Assembly (NCBI GenBank): GCA_016748015.1
Contig: JAAOMT010000235.1
Location: 79,453-143,452, forward strand
Source of the DNA: Geosiphon pyriformis uo1
Lineage: Eukaryota > Fungi > Glomeromycota
DNA: 64,000 nucleotides
Direction: 5' to 3'
Program-made: the position numbers and the translations under genes
Part shown: positions 1 to 14,534 of the stretch, in pieces
Position numbering within the stretch: the first letter of the stretch is position 1
Layout: each line of letters begins with the position of its first letter
The notes under the pieces: generated by a model
The model's database searches: none
What the model was told of the DNA's origin: nothing
The model's input: the letters and a program-made list of their open reading frames with translations, nothing else

Positions 1-476
1 TGCTAATTGCCCCTATTAACATTCCACCAAATGCTACAATGCAACAAAAACTACTACTACTTCTTAATGAACAGAACAATGAACACACCCCTATTTATAA
101 ATACTTTCAAATTGGAAAAACACTTTATGAACGAAAACTGGAACTTGAAGCAACAAATCTCACTCCTGAAGTTATACAAAAACAAATCTACAATGAATTC
201 AAAACAGCAGCTGGACCAACAAACACTCGCTACAAACTTAGAGCAGCTTTTAGACTCTATGATTTGTTTAATACTTGTGAAAATGTTCTACAAAATCCAA
301 TACTGCAATCAATAAAAGTCCAATACATTGGCAAATTCACAGAACTGAAATTTTAACAATTTTCAGACCAGATTATTTCAATCATTTTAGATCACTATCT
401 CAATATTACAGATAGTGCTTGGACTTTGATAGAGCTCAGTCTTGAGGAGGAGATTATGTTACCAGTAGAATTTTAG
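1..476 (+). pseudogene. 3' part of accessory ORF (ORF-X) of a second Gypsy family (family B)
   Basis: ORF 39..356 continues in frame past one TAA to TAG 474-476, through the purine tract GAGGAGGAGA (444-453) into TGTTAC. The motif order (KYFQIG..., RAAFRLYDLF, IKVQYIGKF...F, ELSL) parallels family-A ORF-X. Confidence 0.55.
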
Positions 477-1234
477 CTATTAATTAGCATGAAATTACCC
501 TTATAATTCCTATAATTCATTAGTATATTAATATCATTTCAAATTATCATTTATTATTTAATCAATTATCACATATCACGATTCAAGTAAAATAATCTAA
601 TTAGTATAACAGAAAGTAAGATGATCAAATTACACAATACCCTGAACTTTGTAACATTCAAAAATTTGCTGAAATTTACAGAAATTCGCTGAAATTATGA
701 ATAGTTCATCCAAATNNNNNNNNNNNNNNNNNNNNNNNNNNNNNNNNNNNNNNNNNNNNNNNNNNNNNNNNNNNNNNNNNNNNNNNNNNNNNNNNNNNNN
801 NNNNNNNNNNNNNNNNNNNNNNNNNNNNNNNNNNNNNNNNNNNNNNNNNNNNNNNNNNNNNNNNNNNNNNNNNNNNNNNNNNNNNNNNNNNNNNNNNNNN
901 NNNNNNNNNNNNNNNNNNNNNNNNTCATTAGAGTAGCCTACAGACAAGATTCCTGTAGAAGAGTTGACTTTTACAGCAAAGTAACTACACATTTTTAGTG
1001 AGCTTCCAGACGAGCAATTCCTGGGAAAGAGTTGACATTTACTACAACATAACTACATAAAGTAACTGGCAAAGAATTGGCCATTCCACTTATAAGCCCA
1101 GCAGTTCAAATTATAAAAGATAATTTGAAGATAAATTCAGTTATTGGAGGTTCAACTACTTCCTGAAAACGTGAATTCACAGCAAATCAACATTATCAAC
1201 ATTTAAGAAAAGAGACCAAAAACCTCCGGTAACA
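457..1234 (+). mobile_element. Probable 3' LTR of Gypsy family B (gap inside; end could instead be ...TATAACA at 1405)
   Basis: Starts TGTTACCAG right after a polypurine tract; inverted terminus CCGGTAACA ends at 1234; LINE sequence resumes at about 1406. Confidence 0.45.
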
Positions 1235-1405
1235 CCGGGAGACTACTGAGAAGATAACAATTAAATTTCTGTTCATTATACAAAGAACTCCACAACAAAA
1301 CCTTCAGATCAACAAGATCTTCAGAAACCAATATTGATATAACAATTGAGCACCAAGTTACAGGTTTGTTATTTGATTTGAGACCCCAAATAATCACCTA
1401 TAACA

Positions 1406-4400
1406 ACATCTTTAGAACCAGCTTTTACCAGTAATCTGTCTGTTGATATTTCAATTTTTTTTTTAAGCCTCAACTTATTACATACCCTTCTCCATTGTGG
1501 TAATAAAGTGTCAGAAATTTGTATGTAAATAGTATTCCTTTGCATTGTTTCTATGTTATCTGGTATTAAGTTAGTTATTTTGTGCATCCTTAATGCTTCA
1601 CATTAAACTAGATCAATTTTTTTGCACTCATCTATAGTAAGTGTGGCTTCTAGTGTCTTAAACCATCTGGGAATTCTACTACCATCACTTTGTCTGTACT
1701 TCTTTGTAAAGTCTATCTATGTTATTAGTGATCCATCTTTGTTCTGTACTTGATACAAATACAACATGTTTTCTTTCCTTAATAAGTTTCTAACTTTAGT
1801 GTAGGTTGCAAATGAAGCTAAAACAGTCTCAATTAAGTGTGCTTGTGGTCTTAAAGACTTAGATACCCCATATGTATTATCAGAGTTTTTGAATGAGATG
1901 CCTCTTTTTTTCATTATCTGTATGATGTTTGCTATAAGATTAATCTCTGACTTAGATTGTTTATAAGTGGGATATTCAAGTATATTATGAGCTGACCATT
2001 TTTGAAACTGCAAATTGGCTAATCTAATTTTTGTAGCCATTTCAGCAATATTATTACTGTTCAGTCTAACCAACAAATCTGTAATCTTGTTTTTTGTTTG
2101 TATATCATCAACTCTAAACAAATTGTACAAGGATGAGTAATGCATGGCACTGGCTGAAAAATCTACTGAGAGTTTTGCTTTTTTTTTTACAGTAACTGAG
2201 ATCTTTGAGGTCCATCTCTTGGCCCAACTGTTTGGTATATGGGTCAATTGAGATCTAAATTCTATTGTCAGACTGAGTACACTGTTGAAAATATAAATTA
2301 CCTGTTTTTTAGTGATGTGTTTCTTTCTAATAACCCCATATACTGCTTTAATGTCAGAACCTATCATCTTCAGCACAGTCTCATTTTTTTCATCTGCTCT
2401 AATCCACACCCCCAAATATCAAGTGCATGTAGACAGATCCAACAATTTCAAGATTTGTTTGTTTGGACCAAACTTTAGTGGCTTAATCAATACTGACTTC
2501 CTTTTAGAGAGTCTAATTATTATTGTTTCAGTCTTATCTAAATTGATTTTAATATCCACTATTCTAAAGAAGGAGCTGGCTGTATCCAGAATACTCTGCA
2601 TTCCTAGTCTTAAGTTAGCTATCCACACTGTGTTATCAACAAAGGCCAGGTGGTTTACTAATGCTATTAAGGATTGTATGTTTGTTTGATTGTCCCACTT
2701 TTTCCATTCAGTTTTTAATTTATATCCTTGGCTGTAATTGGTTTGTTTTACTTTACACAATAAGAGATCATAGAAAATCCTCCACATAATAGGTGAGCTT
2801 GTTCCTTCCTGATTCAGTTTATTCTGTACATGATATTTATCACTTAGCCCAAACTCAGTAATGATCCTATTGCTTTTATTGTTGTGCATCAAGCAAAATA
2901 GCTTAGTAAACCTATTGTTCATTTTGATTCTCTTTAGTGCAGCTTCTATGGGTTTCCATCCCACTGAGTTATATGCTTTTTTTATGTCCTGAAATGTAAA
3001 CCAAGTCTTATTACCAAATTCTCTTACATGCTCAACAACAGCATTAATCACATAAATTGGCACTGCTGTAGAAGTATTCTTTAAAACTGAGGTGTTATAA
3101 CTTTTTAGAACATTGTGGAGCTTACATGCTTTTGATATTCTTGCAGTAAGAATCTTTGTTAAGATCTTTCTAGTGCTTTCAATGAGTGTGATCGGCCTGG
3201 TAATGTTAATATTGCCACCCCATTCTTTTGGCTTTGGAATTAGTATGACTTGTGCTATTCTCAACTCCTCAGGCATGTTTGCTGCTTTTATGCAAGCATT
3301 AAGCAATGTTCTTAGTTTAGACTTAGTATTAGGCCCAGTTTTCCTCCAAAGTTCAGCTTGTATGTCTGATGGGCCAAGGGTTTTGTTATGAGGTGTGTGG
3401 CTTAATATGTATTCAAATTCCTCATTTGTTATTTCAGCCATCACATTATCAAAGACATGGTCTGAAATGCTCTCAATTGGCTTAAACCTGTATTCCCAAC
3501 TTTTCCATAGTTCAGGTTCAAGAATTTTTGTTCTAGTCTACTCTTGAGCTTTCTTGTTTACTAGCTTTTTGATTTCATCAGGATCATCATAGAATTTGCC
3601 TTCTTCAATGATATGGTCTAGTACTATTCTTTGTCTTTTTCTGTTTATAATACTTTTGATCATTGATTCTTTGCTTAGTTCAAAGTTCTGTTGTCTTTTG
3701 ATGATATTGTCCATTATCTGCCTCTGCTGTTGTAGCCTGATCCTAACATACAGTGTAGATCTGTATTCTTTTTTAATGCTTAATAATTTTATAATAAGCT
3801 TATCTTTTGGAAGAGTCATTAGATATGCATTAACTATTTCAGATTTCAACTGTTTCCATTTGGCCAGTAGCTGCATAATATTGTTATCATGCATATTTGT
3901 ATTGTTTACTCTTATTTGTTTGATTATATCAGCAACAATCTTAACAAGCTTGTAATCCATGCATTTATTCTTTGTGTGTACAGATCAGGCTTCCACTTTC
4001 CTTTTTAGGCATTCAGCAGCTTGTAACACAATCTCTTTGATTGTAAGCCACATCTAGTTTAGATCATCATTTCTGTTATCTATTGATTTTTTTTGTGCTT
4101 TATCTGTTAGTCAATCAGTTTCTCTTGCATAGATCTCCTATTGAACTCCAGATGTTTTTTTAACATCAATCATAGTTATGCTACACTTCTTCCTTCCAGA
4201 TCTAGATTTTTTAGTACCTGCCAAGATTCTATTAGATCAGATAATTGTTACCACTGCTTTGTGATCAGTGCTAAATAATTCATTAACATTAATTACCCCA
4301 ATATTTGTGACTAATAAGGCTGTAATAACATCAGTAAACACATAATCTAATTTTCTTTGTACTCCATTTGATGCCCATGTATTATCTAGATTGTTTACTG

Positions 4401-4926
4401 TATACATTCTATGTATATCTACCAGGTTCATGTATTGTAACAATGTTGCAATAGAACATTTTTTTTTTTGTTTGTGGCAAATGTTTCTTCAAGTGATTTG
4501 GATGCCAGATCTTCATTCAAATTGCCTGTCACTATAACAATTTCTTTGTTTTGCTAAAAGCTTTTTGATCTCTTTTGCCACTGCTTTTTCAGTAGTTGAT
4601 TTAGAAGCAGGCATATACAACCCAACTATATGTACACTTATTCTACACATAAATTTCAATACCAGGTGCAATAGTCTCTCATAATAACCTCTAATTACCT
4701 CCACATAATAAGTCCAACATTTTTTAACCAGTATACCCACCACAGTTTCCATTTGTTTCTCATTGCTTGACTTCCAAAAAGTGTAATATTCCTCAGTACC
4801 AAAAAACACCTCTTTTTTTTTGAGTGGAGTTAGTTTAATTTCTGTAATGACCACAAAATCAAACTGTTTGTCCTTAATCCATTGTAATATCTCATCAGTT
4901 TTGCCAGGATTGTTAAGTTCTCTAAC
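1406..4926 (-). mobile_element. LINE copy 1: decayed ORF2 fragment (APE endonuclease, RT, start of RNase H)
   Basis: Motifs VRELNNPGK, TWASNGVQRKLDYVF, TDHKAV, LIPKPKEW, QDIKKAYNSV, LAFVDNT, ISTD; many stops. Confidence 0.9.
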
Positions 4927-4934
4927 AAAAAAAA

Positions 4935-6859
4935 AAACTTTTTCTCTCCTAAATTTCATGACCACAAATAGAGCTAAAAGTAAAAAAGTTGTAAACATTA
5001 CTTTTCCTATGATGACTAATAAAGTTTCAACATAAGAAGGTCTCTCTGTTATTGAAGCAGCTAGACAAAACGTTCTGACAACATTTCCTTTAAAAAATAA
5101 TAGTAATAAGCTGTCTTTAGCAGCTTCTGGTTCATTTTCTTTATCTTTGGCTGGTAGTTCTTCTCCAGTCAAAGTTCCTTCAAAAAGACACACTTGGGTT
5201 AGTCTCAGTGTTGTCTTCACTACTTCAAAAAGCCCAAAGATTTTTAATAACAGACCAGTTAACAAGTTGGTCTTTTCTGCTCTCATCACTCCCACTATTA
5301 CTTCTACTACTACTGCTTCACAAATGGCCGCGAAAGCCAAAAATTCCAGAAAACAGCAGCAGACAGTCACAACTGCTATGGTCACACTGAACCTCTTTGT
5401 GGTTCCAGATGAGATCTTTGGTAAGATTTCCACAGCAGCAGCCAGCCCTCTTCCTGATATGAATGGCAACAGCAGCAGCACATCTCCCAAGATGGGCCAA
5501 GATCAACCACTGGCTGTGTTGTTTAATGTGGTAATCTCCAGCAGATTATCACCAATCCCAGTAGCAAAACAGTCCATCAATCCAGATGATCTCAAAGATT
5601 GGGCTGATTAGATGGAAATGGAATCAACTGTCTCTTCCTCAGTTTCTGGTGCTGTTGATAGTAGTGCTTGGGAAAATGTGAATGGTCATTAGAGGTTCTC
5701 TGGTTGGATGGCCTCCAATCTAATACCTGGAGCTACATTCAAGATTAAAATGGTCCTGCTTGGTTTCTTGTTCCAGTTACTGCCTGGTTGTATTGGGCTT
5801 AAGTCAGTTTTATAAAATACTGTTAAGTTGTTCTGTGTGGAATTTGCATCTTAGGAGTATCTAAATGGTGCTACCAAAGTGGTCATTAGTAATGAGGTGT
5901 TTTTGACCACTCTTAAGATTGCATGGTCTTCTGGTGTGGCCTCTGTTTCTTTTCTTTTCTTGTCAGTTGCACTGCATAACATATCTTTGGGTACCTTTTC
6001 TAATGACATCAAAACTGCTCTTGGCATTTTTGGTGTTGTCACTTCTGTTAAGTTAAAGTCTGTTGGCTTATGGCAATATGCTGTGGTTAATTTTAAAAAC
6101 ATTTCTTCTGCTGCTGTTGCTCTCTTTAACTGGTCTGTATTGGTCAGAAAAGATAGTGTTAGAATTCTGCCTGTTGTCAACTAAAAGGAGATTATTTCCT
6201 CAAGAGATGCATTTAAAGCTAAGTTGGTCAATCTTCCATTTGGCTATACTGCCTTTGAGATAAGTAATTTGGTCTCCCAAGTTGGTGGCCATACGTGTTT
6301 CATTCCTTGCTTCCCTGAATCTTATTAACGTCAATGCTTTGCTGTAATTACCTTTGATTCTTTGAAATCTCTAAATGTTGCTGTGTCAAAAACTAGTACC
6401 TTGTGTGGTTGTCACATCTGGTGGGAAACTCTTGGGTGTCACTGCTGCTACAAGTGTCATGACTTGAATCATTTGACTGTGAACTGCAAAAAATTGCCTC
6501 CTCTCTCACCTAAACTCCCTTCCAACATCTTTGGTGGCCCCAAAAATTTCAAATCTTCATTTGTTAGATCTAAATCTTATGCCAAGACTGCTGCTATTGT
6601 GGTTTCTCCTGGTGCTGCTGCTGCTGATATGGAATTGGATCTTAGTGGTTCTCCCAAAACTGCAACACCTGTGTTGCCTGCTGTTTTTTCTGTTTCCAAT
6701 ACTGCTGTTAAATCTAGGTTGGCTTCTCTTGAATCCCACCTTAGTGAACTATCTGTGTTGATTAAAATCTTGGTTGAACCTATTGGTGTTCTGGTTGCAT
6801 TGGTTATCAAATTGCTGTTTACTCCATCTGCCATAGATGTGTCAGTTAAGGAATGTATA
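4935..6859 (+). mobile_element. ORF1-only non-autonomous retroelement (HAL-like) copy 1, 3' end missing
   Basis: Family 5' end AAACTTTTTCTCTCCTAAATTTC-ATG (ATG 4958); RRM-like segments and CYKCHDLNHLTVNC knuckle; broken at 6859 by copy 2. Confidence 0.85.
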
Positions 6860-6879
6860 AAGGTAACTATAGAGTTAAA

Positions 6880-9300
6880 AAAAACTTTTTCTCTTCTAAA
6901 TTTCATGACCACGAATAGAGCTAAGAGTAAAAAAGTTGCAAATGTTACTTTTCCTATAGTAACTAATAAAGTTTCAACACGAAAGGGTCTCTCTGTTATT
7001 GAAGCAGCTAGACAAAATGTTCTGGCAACATTTCCTTTAAAAAATAATAGTAATAAGCTGCCTTTAGTGGCTTCTGGTTCATTTTCTTCACCTTTGGCTG
7101 GTAGTTCTTCTTCAGTCAAAGTTCTTTTAAAAAGACACACTTGGATTAGTCCCAGTGTTGTCTCCACTACTTCAAAAAGCCCAAAGATTTTTAATAACAG
7201 ACCAGTTAACAAGTTGGTCTTTCCTGCTCTCACTGCTCCCACTACTACTTTTACTACTACTGCTTCACAAATGGCTGTAAAAGTGAAAAATCCCAAAAAA
7301 CAGCAGTAGGCAGTCGCAACTGCTATGGTCACACTGAACCTCTTTGTGGTTCCAGATAAGATCTTCAGTAAGATCTCCACAGCAGCAGCCAGCCCTATTT
7401 CTGATATGGATGGCAACAGCAGCAGCATATCTCCAAGATCAATTATTGGCTGTATTGCCTGATGTGATATTCTCCGGCAGATCATCACCAATCCCAGTAG
7501 CAAAACAGTCTATCAATCCAAATAATCTCAAAGATTGGGCTGATCAGATAGAAATGGAAACAACTGTCCCCTCTTCAGTTTCTGGTGCAGCTGATGCTGG
7601 TGCTTAGAAGAATGTGAATGGACGTCAAAAGTTCTCTGGTTGGGTGGCCTTCAATCTTGTACTTGGTGCTACATTTAAGATCAAGATGGCTTTGCTCAGT
7701 TCTTTGTTTCAGTTGCTGCCTGGTTATATTGGGCTTAAATCTGTTTTACGAGATGCTATTAAGTTGTTCTGTGTGGAATTTACATCTCAGGAGTGTCTAA
7801 ATGGTGCTACCAAAGTGGCCATTGGTGATGAGGTTTTTTTGACTACTCTTAAGATTGCACGGTCTTCAAAAGTGACCTTTGTTTCTTCCTCTTCTTTGTC
7901 AGTTGCACTGCACGATGTACTCTTGGGTACTTTTTCTGATGACATCAAATCTGCTCTTGGCATTTTTGGTGTTGTCACTTTTGTTAAGTTGAAGCCTGCT
8001 GGCTTATGGCAATATGCTGTGGTTAACTTTAAGGACATTTTTTCTGCTGCTGCTGCTCTCTCTAACTGGTCTGTATTGGTCAGAAAAGATAGTGTTAGGA
8101 TCTTTTCCATTGCCAACCAAAAGGAGGTTATCTTCTCAAGAGATGTATTCAAAGCTAAGTTGGTCAATCTTCCGTTTGGCTGTATTGCCTTTGAGATAAG
8201 TGATTTGGTCTCCCAAGTTGGTGGCTGTATGTGTTTCATTCTTCGCTCTCCTGAATCTTATTGATGTTAATGCTTTGCTGTGGTTACCTTTGATTCTTTG
8301 GAATCTCTGAATGTTGCTGTGTCAAACACTGGTACCTTGCATGATTGTCGCATCTGGTGGGAAACTCCTGGATGTCACCGCTGCTACAGGTGTCAAGACT
8401 TGAATCATTTGGCTGTGAACTGCAAGAAGTTGCCTCTTCTCTTACCTAAACTCTCTTTCAACACCTTTGGTGGCCCCAAAAATTTCAAATCTTCATTTGT
8501 TGGATCTAAATCTTATGCCAAGGCTGTTGCTTTTGTGGTTCCTTCTGGTGCTGCTGCTGCTGATATGGAATTGGATTTTGGTGGTTCTCCTGAAACTGCA
8601 ACACCTGTGTTGCCTGCTGTCCTTCTGTTCCCACTACTGCTGTTGAATCTAGGTTGGCTTCTCTTAAATCCCACCTTAGTGAACTATTTGTGTTGATTAA
8701 ATTTTTGGTTGAACCAGTCGGTGCTCTGGTTGCATTGGTTACCAAATTGCTGTCTATTCTATCTGCCATGGATGTGTCAGTTAAGAAATGTGTAGATGGG
8801 TTGGCTAAGCAAAATAAAGGCTTGGCTGCTGTTGTCACTGTGATGCAGAAAAAATTAACACGTCTTGAAACAATAAGTGAATGGATTTGCTTGGAGAATG
8901 GATCAGATGTTGATGACATGGTTGATGATGTTGATAAGGATGATAATGAAGATAAAGACATTTCAGTTTATGATAACACCTTCAATGTCATAATGCATCT
9001 ATGAGAAGATCAGCCTTTAAGAATCAAATCCAGTCCTGATCAGACTGCTAAGTAGATAAGTGGTATGGTTAAGAATAGTCATGAGCTTGTTAGCATTATA
9101 GGTAAGATGTATAAATTAGATATGTTTGATACATTAGGTAGCAAAGGTAGTACTAGCATGTAGTTAGGGCTTTCTACTAAGTGGTTAGCCGTATTTTGTA
9201 AACTTTGTATTATTGGGTAAGCTGGCTTTATGAAAGCACCACATTACTGTGAACATAACTAATAAATGATCAGCGTGGCTACATGTTAGCAAAAAAAAAA
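6880..9300 (+). mobile_element. ORF1-only element copy 2, full length with poly(A)
   Basis: ATG 6905 to TAG 9161-9163 (about 750 codons, disrupted), ~140-nt tail, poly(A) 9290-9300; no EN or RT motifs. Confidence 0.9.
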
Positions 9301-10482
9301 TTCTATAATAAGCTTATCTTTTGGAAGAGTCATCAGATATGTACTATTTGTTTCAGGTTTCAATTGTTTCCATTAAGCCAAGAGCTGCATAACATTGTTA
9401 TTATGCATATTTGTATTGTTTGCTCTTATTTGTTTGATTATATTGGCAACAACCTTAAAAAGTTTGTGATCCATGCATTTTTTCTTTGTGTGTGTAAATT
9501 GGGCTCTCACTTTCCTTTTTGGTAGGCAGTTAGCAGCTTGTAATACAGTCTTCTTGATTGTAAGCCACATCTGGTTTAGCTGTTATCTATCAATTTTCTT
9601 TGTGCTTCATTTGTTAGTCGATCAGTTTTTTTAGCATAGATTTCCCATTAGACTCCAGATGCTTTTTTAACATCAATTATAGTTGTGCTACACTTCTTAC
9701 TTCCAGATCTAGATTTTTTAGTGCCTGCCAAGATTCTATCAGATCAGATGATAGTTATCACTGCTTTGTGATCAGTGCTAAATGATTCATTAACATCAAT
9801 TACCCCAATATTTGTGACCAGTAAGGCTGTAAAAACATCAGTAAACACATAGTCTAATCTTCTTTGTACTCTATTTGATGCCCATGTATTGTTTAAATTG
9901 TTTATTGCATACATTCTATGTATATCCACCAGATTCATCTGTTGCAGCAATGTTGCAGTGAAACATTTTTTTTCTTTGTTTGTGGCAATTGTCTTTTTAA
10001 GTGATTTGAATGTCAAATTTTCATTCAAATCACCTGCCACTAACAATTTCTTTGTTTTGCACAATGTCTGCTAAAAGCTTTCTGATCTCTTTTGTCACTG
10101 CCTTTTTAGTAGATGATTTTGATGTAAGCATATACAACCCAACTATGTGTACACTTATTTTACTCCTAAATTTTAATACCAGATACAATAATCTTTCATG
10201 ATAACTGCTGATTACCTCCACATGGTGAGTCCAACATTTTTTTACCAGTATGTCCACCCCAGTTTCCATTTGTTTTTCAGTGCTTGACTTCCAAAAGATG
10301 TGATAATTCCCAGTGCCAAAAAACACCCCTTTTTCTTTGAGTAGGGTCAGTTTGATTTCTGTAATGACCATAAAATCAAACTGTTTATTTTTAATCCATT
10401 GTAGTACTTCCTCAGCTTTGCCAGAATTGTTAAGTCCTCTAACATTAATAGTTCCTATTTTTTAAGTATTATTATCTGCAAT
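9301..10482 (-). mobile_element. LINE copy 2, ORF2 endonuclease part (continues from 46055-48455)
   Basis: GTINVRGLNN, VITEIKL, VAGDLN, RRLDYVF, TDHKAV; linked to 46055 onward by a 19-bp TSD. Confidence 0.9.
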
Positions 10483-11967
10483 AAGCAAAGAAAAAAAATA
10501 TTTTTCCTTCTTTGTCTGTTACCACAAAATTTACTACATCTCAAATTTGGAAAAATAGTTTTTTGCTAAAAGATACCTTTAGTTAAAAGTATACTTTATT
10601 ATTATAACAGACTTCAAAGTATCTGACAACAACACTAATAGTGAAGTGACAATAGTCACGAACAGAAATACTAACAAAGATACCATTAAGTATAAAGACC
10701 AAGTAGAAAGAAATTCTACTGTCAATACAGAGAAAAAAGAAAATAACACAATCATATCAAACCAAATACCAGTTGAGAATACAAGACCTACAACACCTCC
10801 ATTCAGATTTTAACATAGCAGTGGAACAATTGGAAGTGTAAAAACAAGCAGTGAGACAACACACTCTTCAGAATTGCTAATACATTAAAAAGAACAGCTC
10901 CATATTGAAGAGTGGCTGACTTTTCTCCACTAACAGGCAACAGACTAGAAGAAAAGCCCAATAAAAAATACAGACACTTGGGAAAAATAATAAGTGTAAA
11001 AGGCCTAACAAAGAAATTTAACCAGGTCATTGAAGAGAAACTTACTGACAAGACAACAGACCAGACCAACAATTTTGTCTTGTGACCAATGTTCAACAAA
11101 GAAGGAAACAGTAATAAGTTTCAAATAGAAGCTTGAACTGGTGAAAAGGGAGCATCAAAGTCCCTGAAAAAATTGGATACACTATCCAAATTATCTAGTA
11201 AAGAGGTTGAAAGAGCAGTGCAAATTGAAGCAGCTCTAAGAAAATGCAATTTTGAGATTTTGGACAAGATCAACAAAGGAAAATCTGCAGAGAAATTTGA
11301 TGAACAAATGGACAATCCATTTGAAACAAACAAAGATATTGCCAATTTAAAAAGGACTGCAAAGGACATAGAAGACTCCGAATTGGGTCTATTGAGCAGA
11401 ATGCCAAACCCAAGTCCAGGCCAAAAGAGTAGCAAAGTATTTGAGAAAAATGCCATGTCTATGGAAGCAAATCAAGAAGAAGAGTGAAAAACTATTGTTC
11501 ATGGCACCAAGAGACATGTTCTGTTCATGCAGATATTAGACATACCAGAAAAGAACATGGGAAAGAAGATGGGGTGGATTTACAACTTGTTGGGGGATAT
11601 TAGTTACCATTTGGGAGCTGTGATAGTGAGAAACCAAGAAGTCAGAATAGACTTCTCCGAAATTGCTGGAAGGGATCAAGCTAGAAAAATCCTAGCAGAT
11701 GTGGAAATTGAGTCATTTTTGATGGCAACTGATGGCATTGCCAACCAAATTGCTGGTTAAAAGAAGGTTCTAGTTAGAGATATCCTCTTGGGTATTTCTG
11801 ACAGAAAAGTTGGAGCTGCCTTGAAAGAATTTGGGAGGTTAAAAAAGTCCAAATCAAAGTGACTGGAAAATGGCAGTTGGCAGTAGTTGAATTCAACAAT
11901 CAAGAAAAGGCAACAAGAGCTGTGGACCAATGGTTGACCCTGATCAAGAAAGATGCAGTTAGAATTT

Positions 11968-14512
<2,545 letters not shown>

Positions 14513-14534
14513 GTTAGAATTTATCCAATGATAG

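Noticed and set aside
630-992. ORFs made of X residues
   Set aside because: They span an assembly gap of Ns.
4513-7503. Long antisense ORFs over the ORF1-only element (e.g. 4513..5490, 6577..7503; also 13944..14531)
   Set aside because: Shadow frames of biased codon usage; they cross insertion junctions and have no consistent start or stop.
4927-9300. ORF1-only copies 1 and 2 as a single insertion into one LINE
   Set aside because: No TSD, and the flanking LINE pieces overlap in consensus coordinates, so they are different LINE copies joined by deletion, recombination or misassembly.
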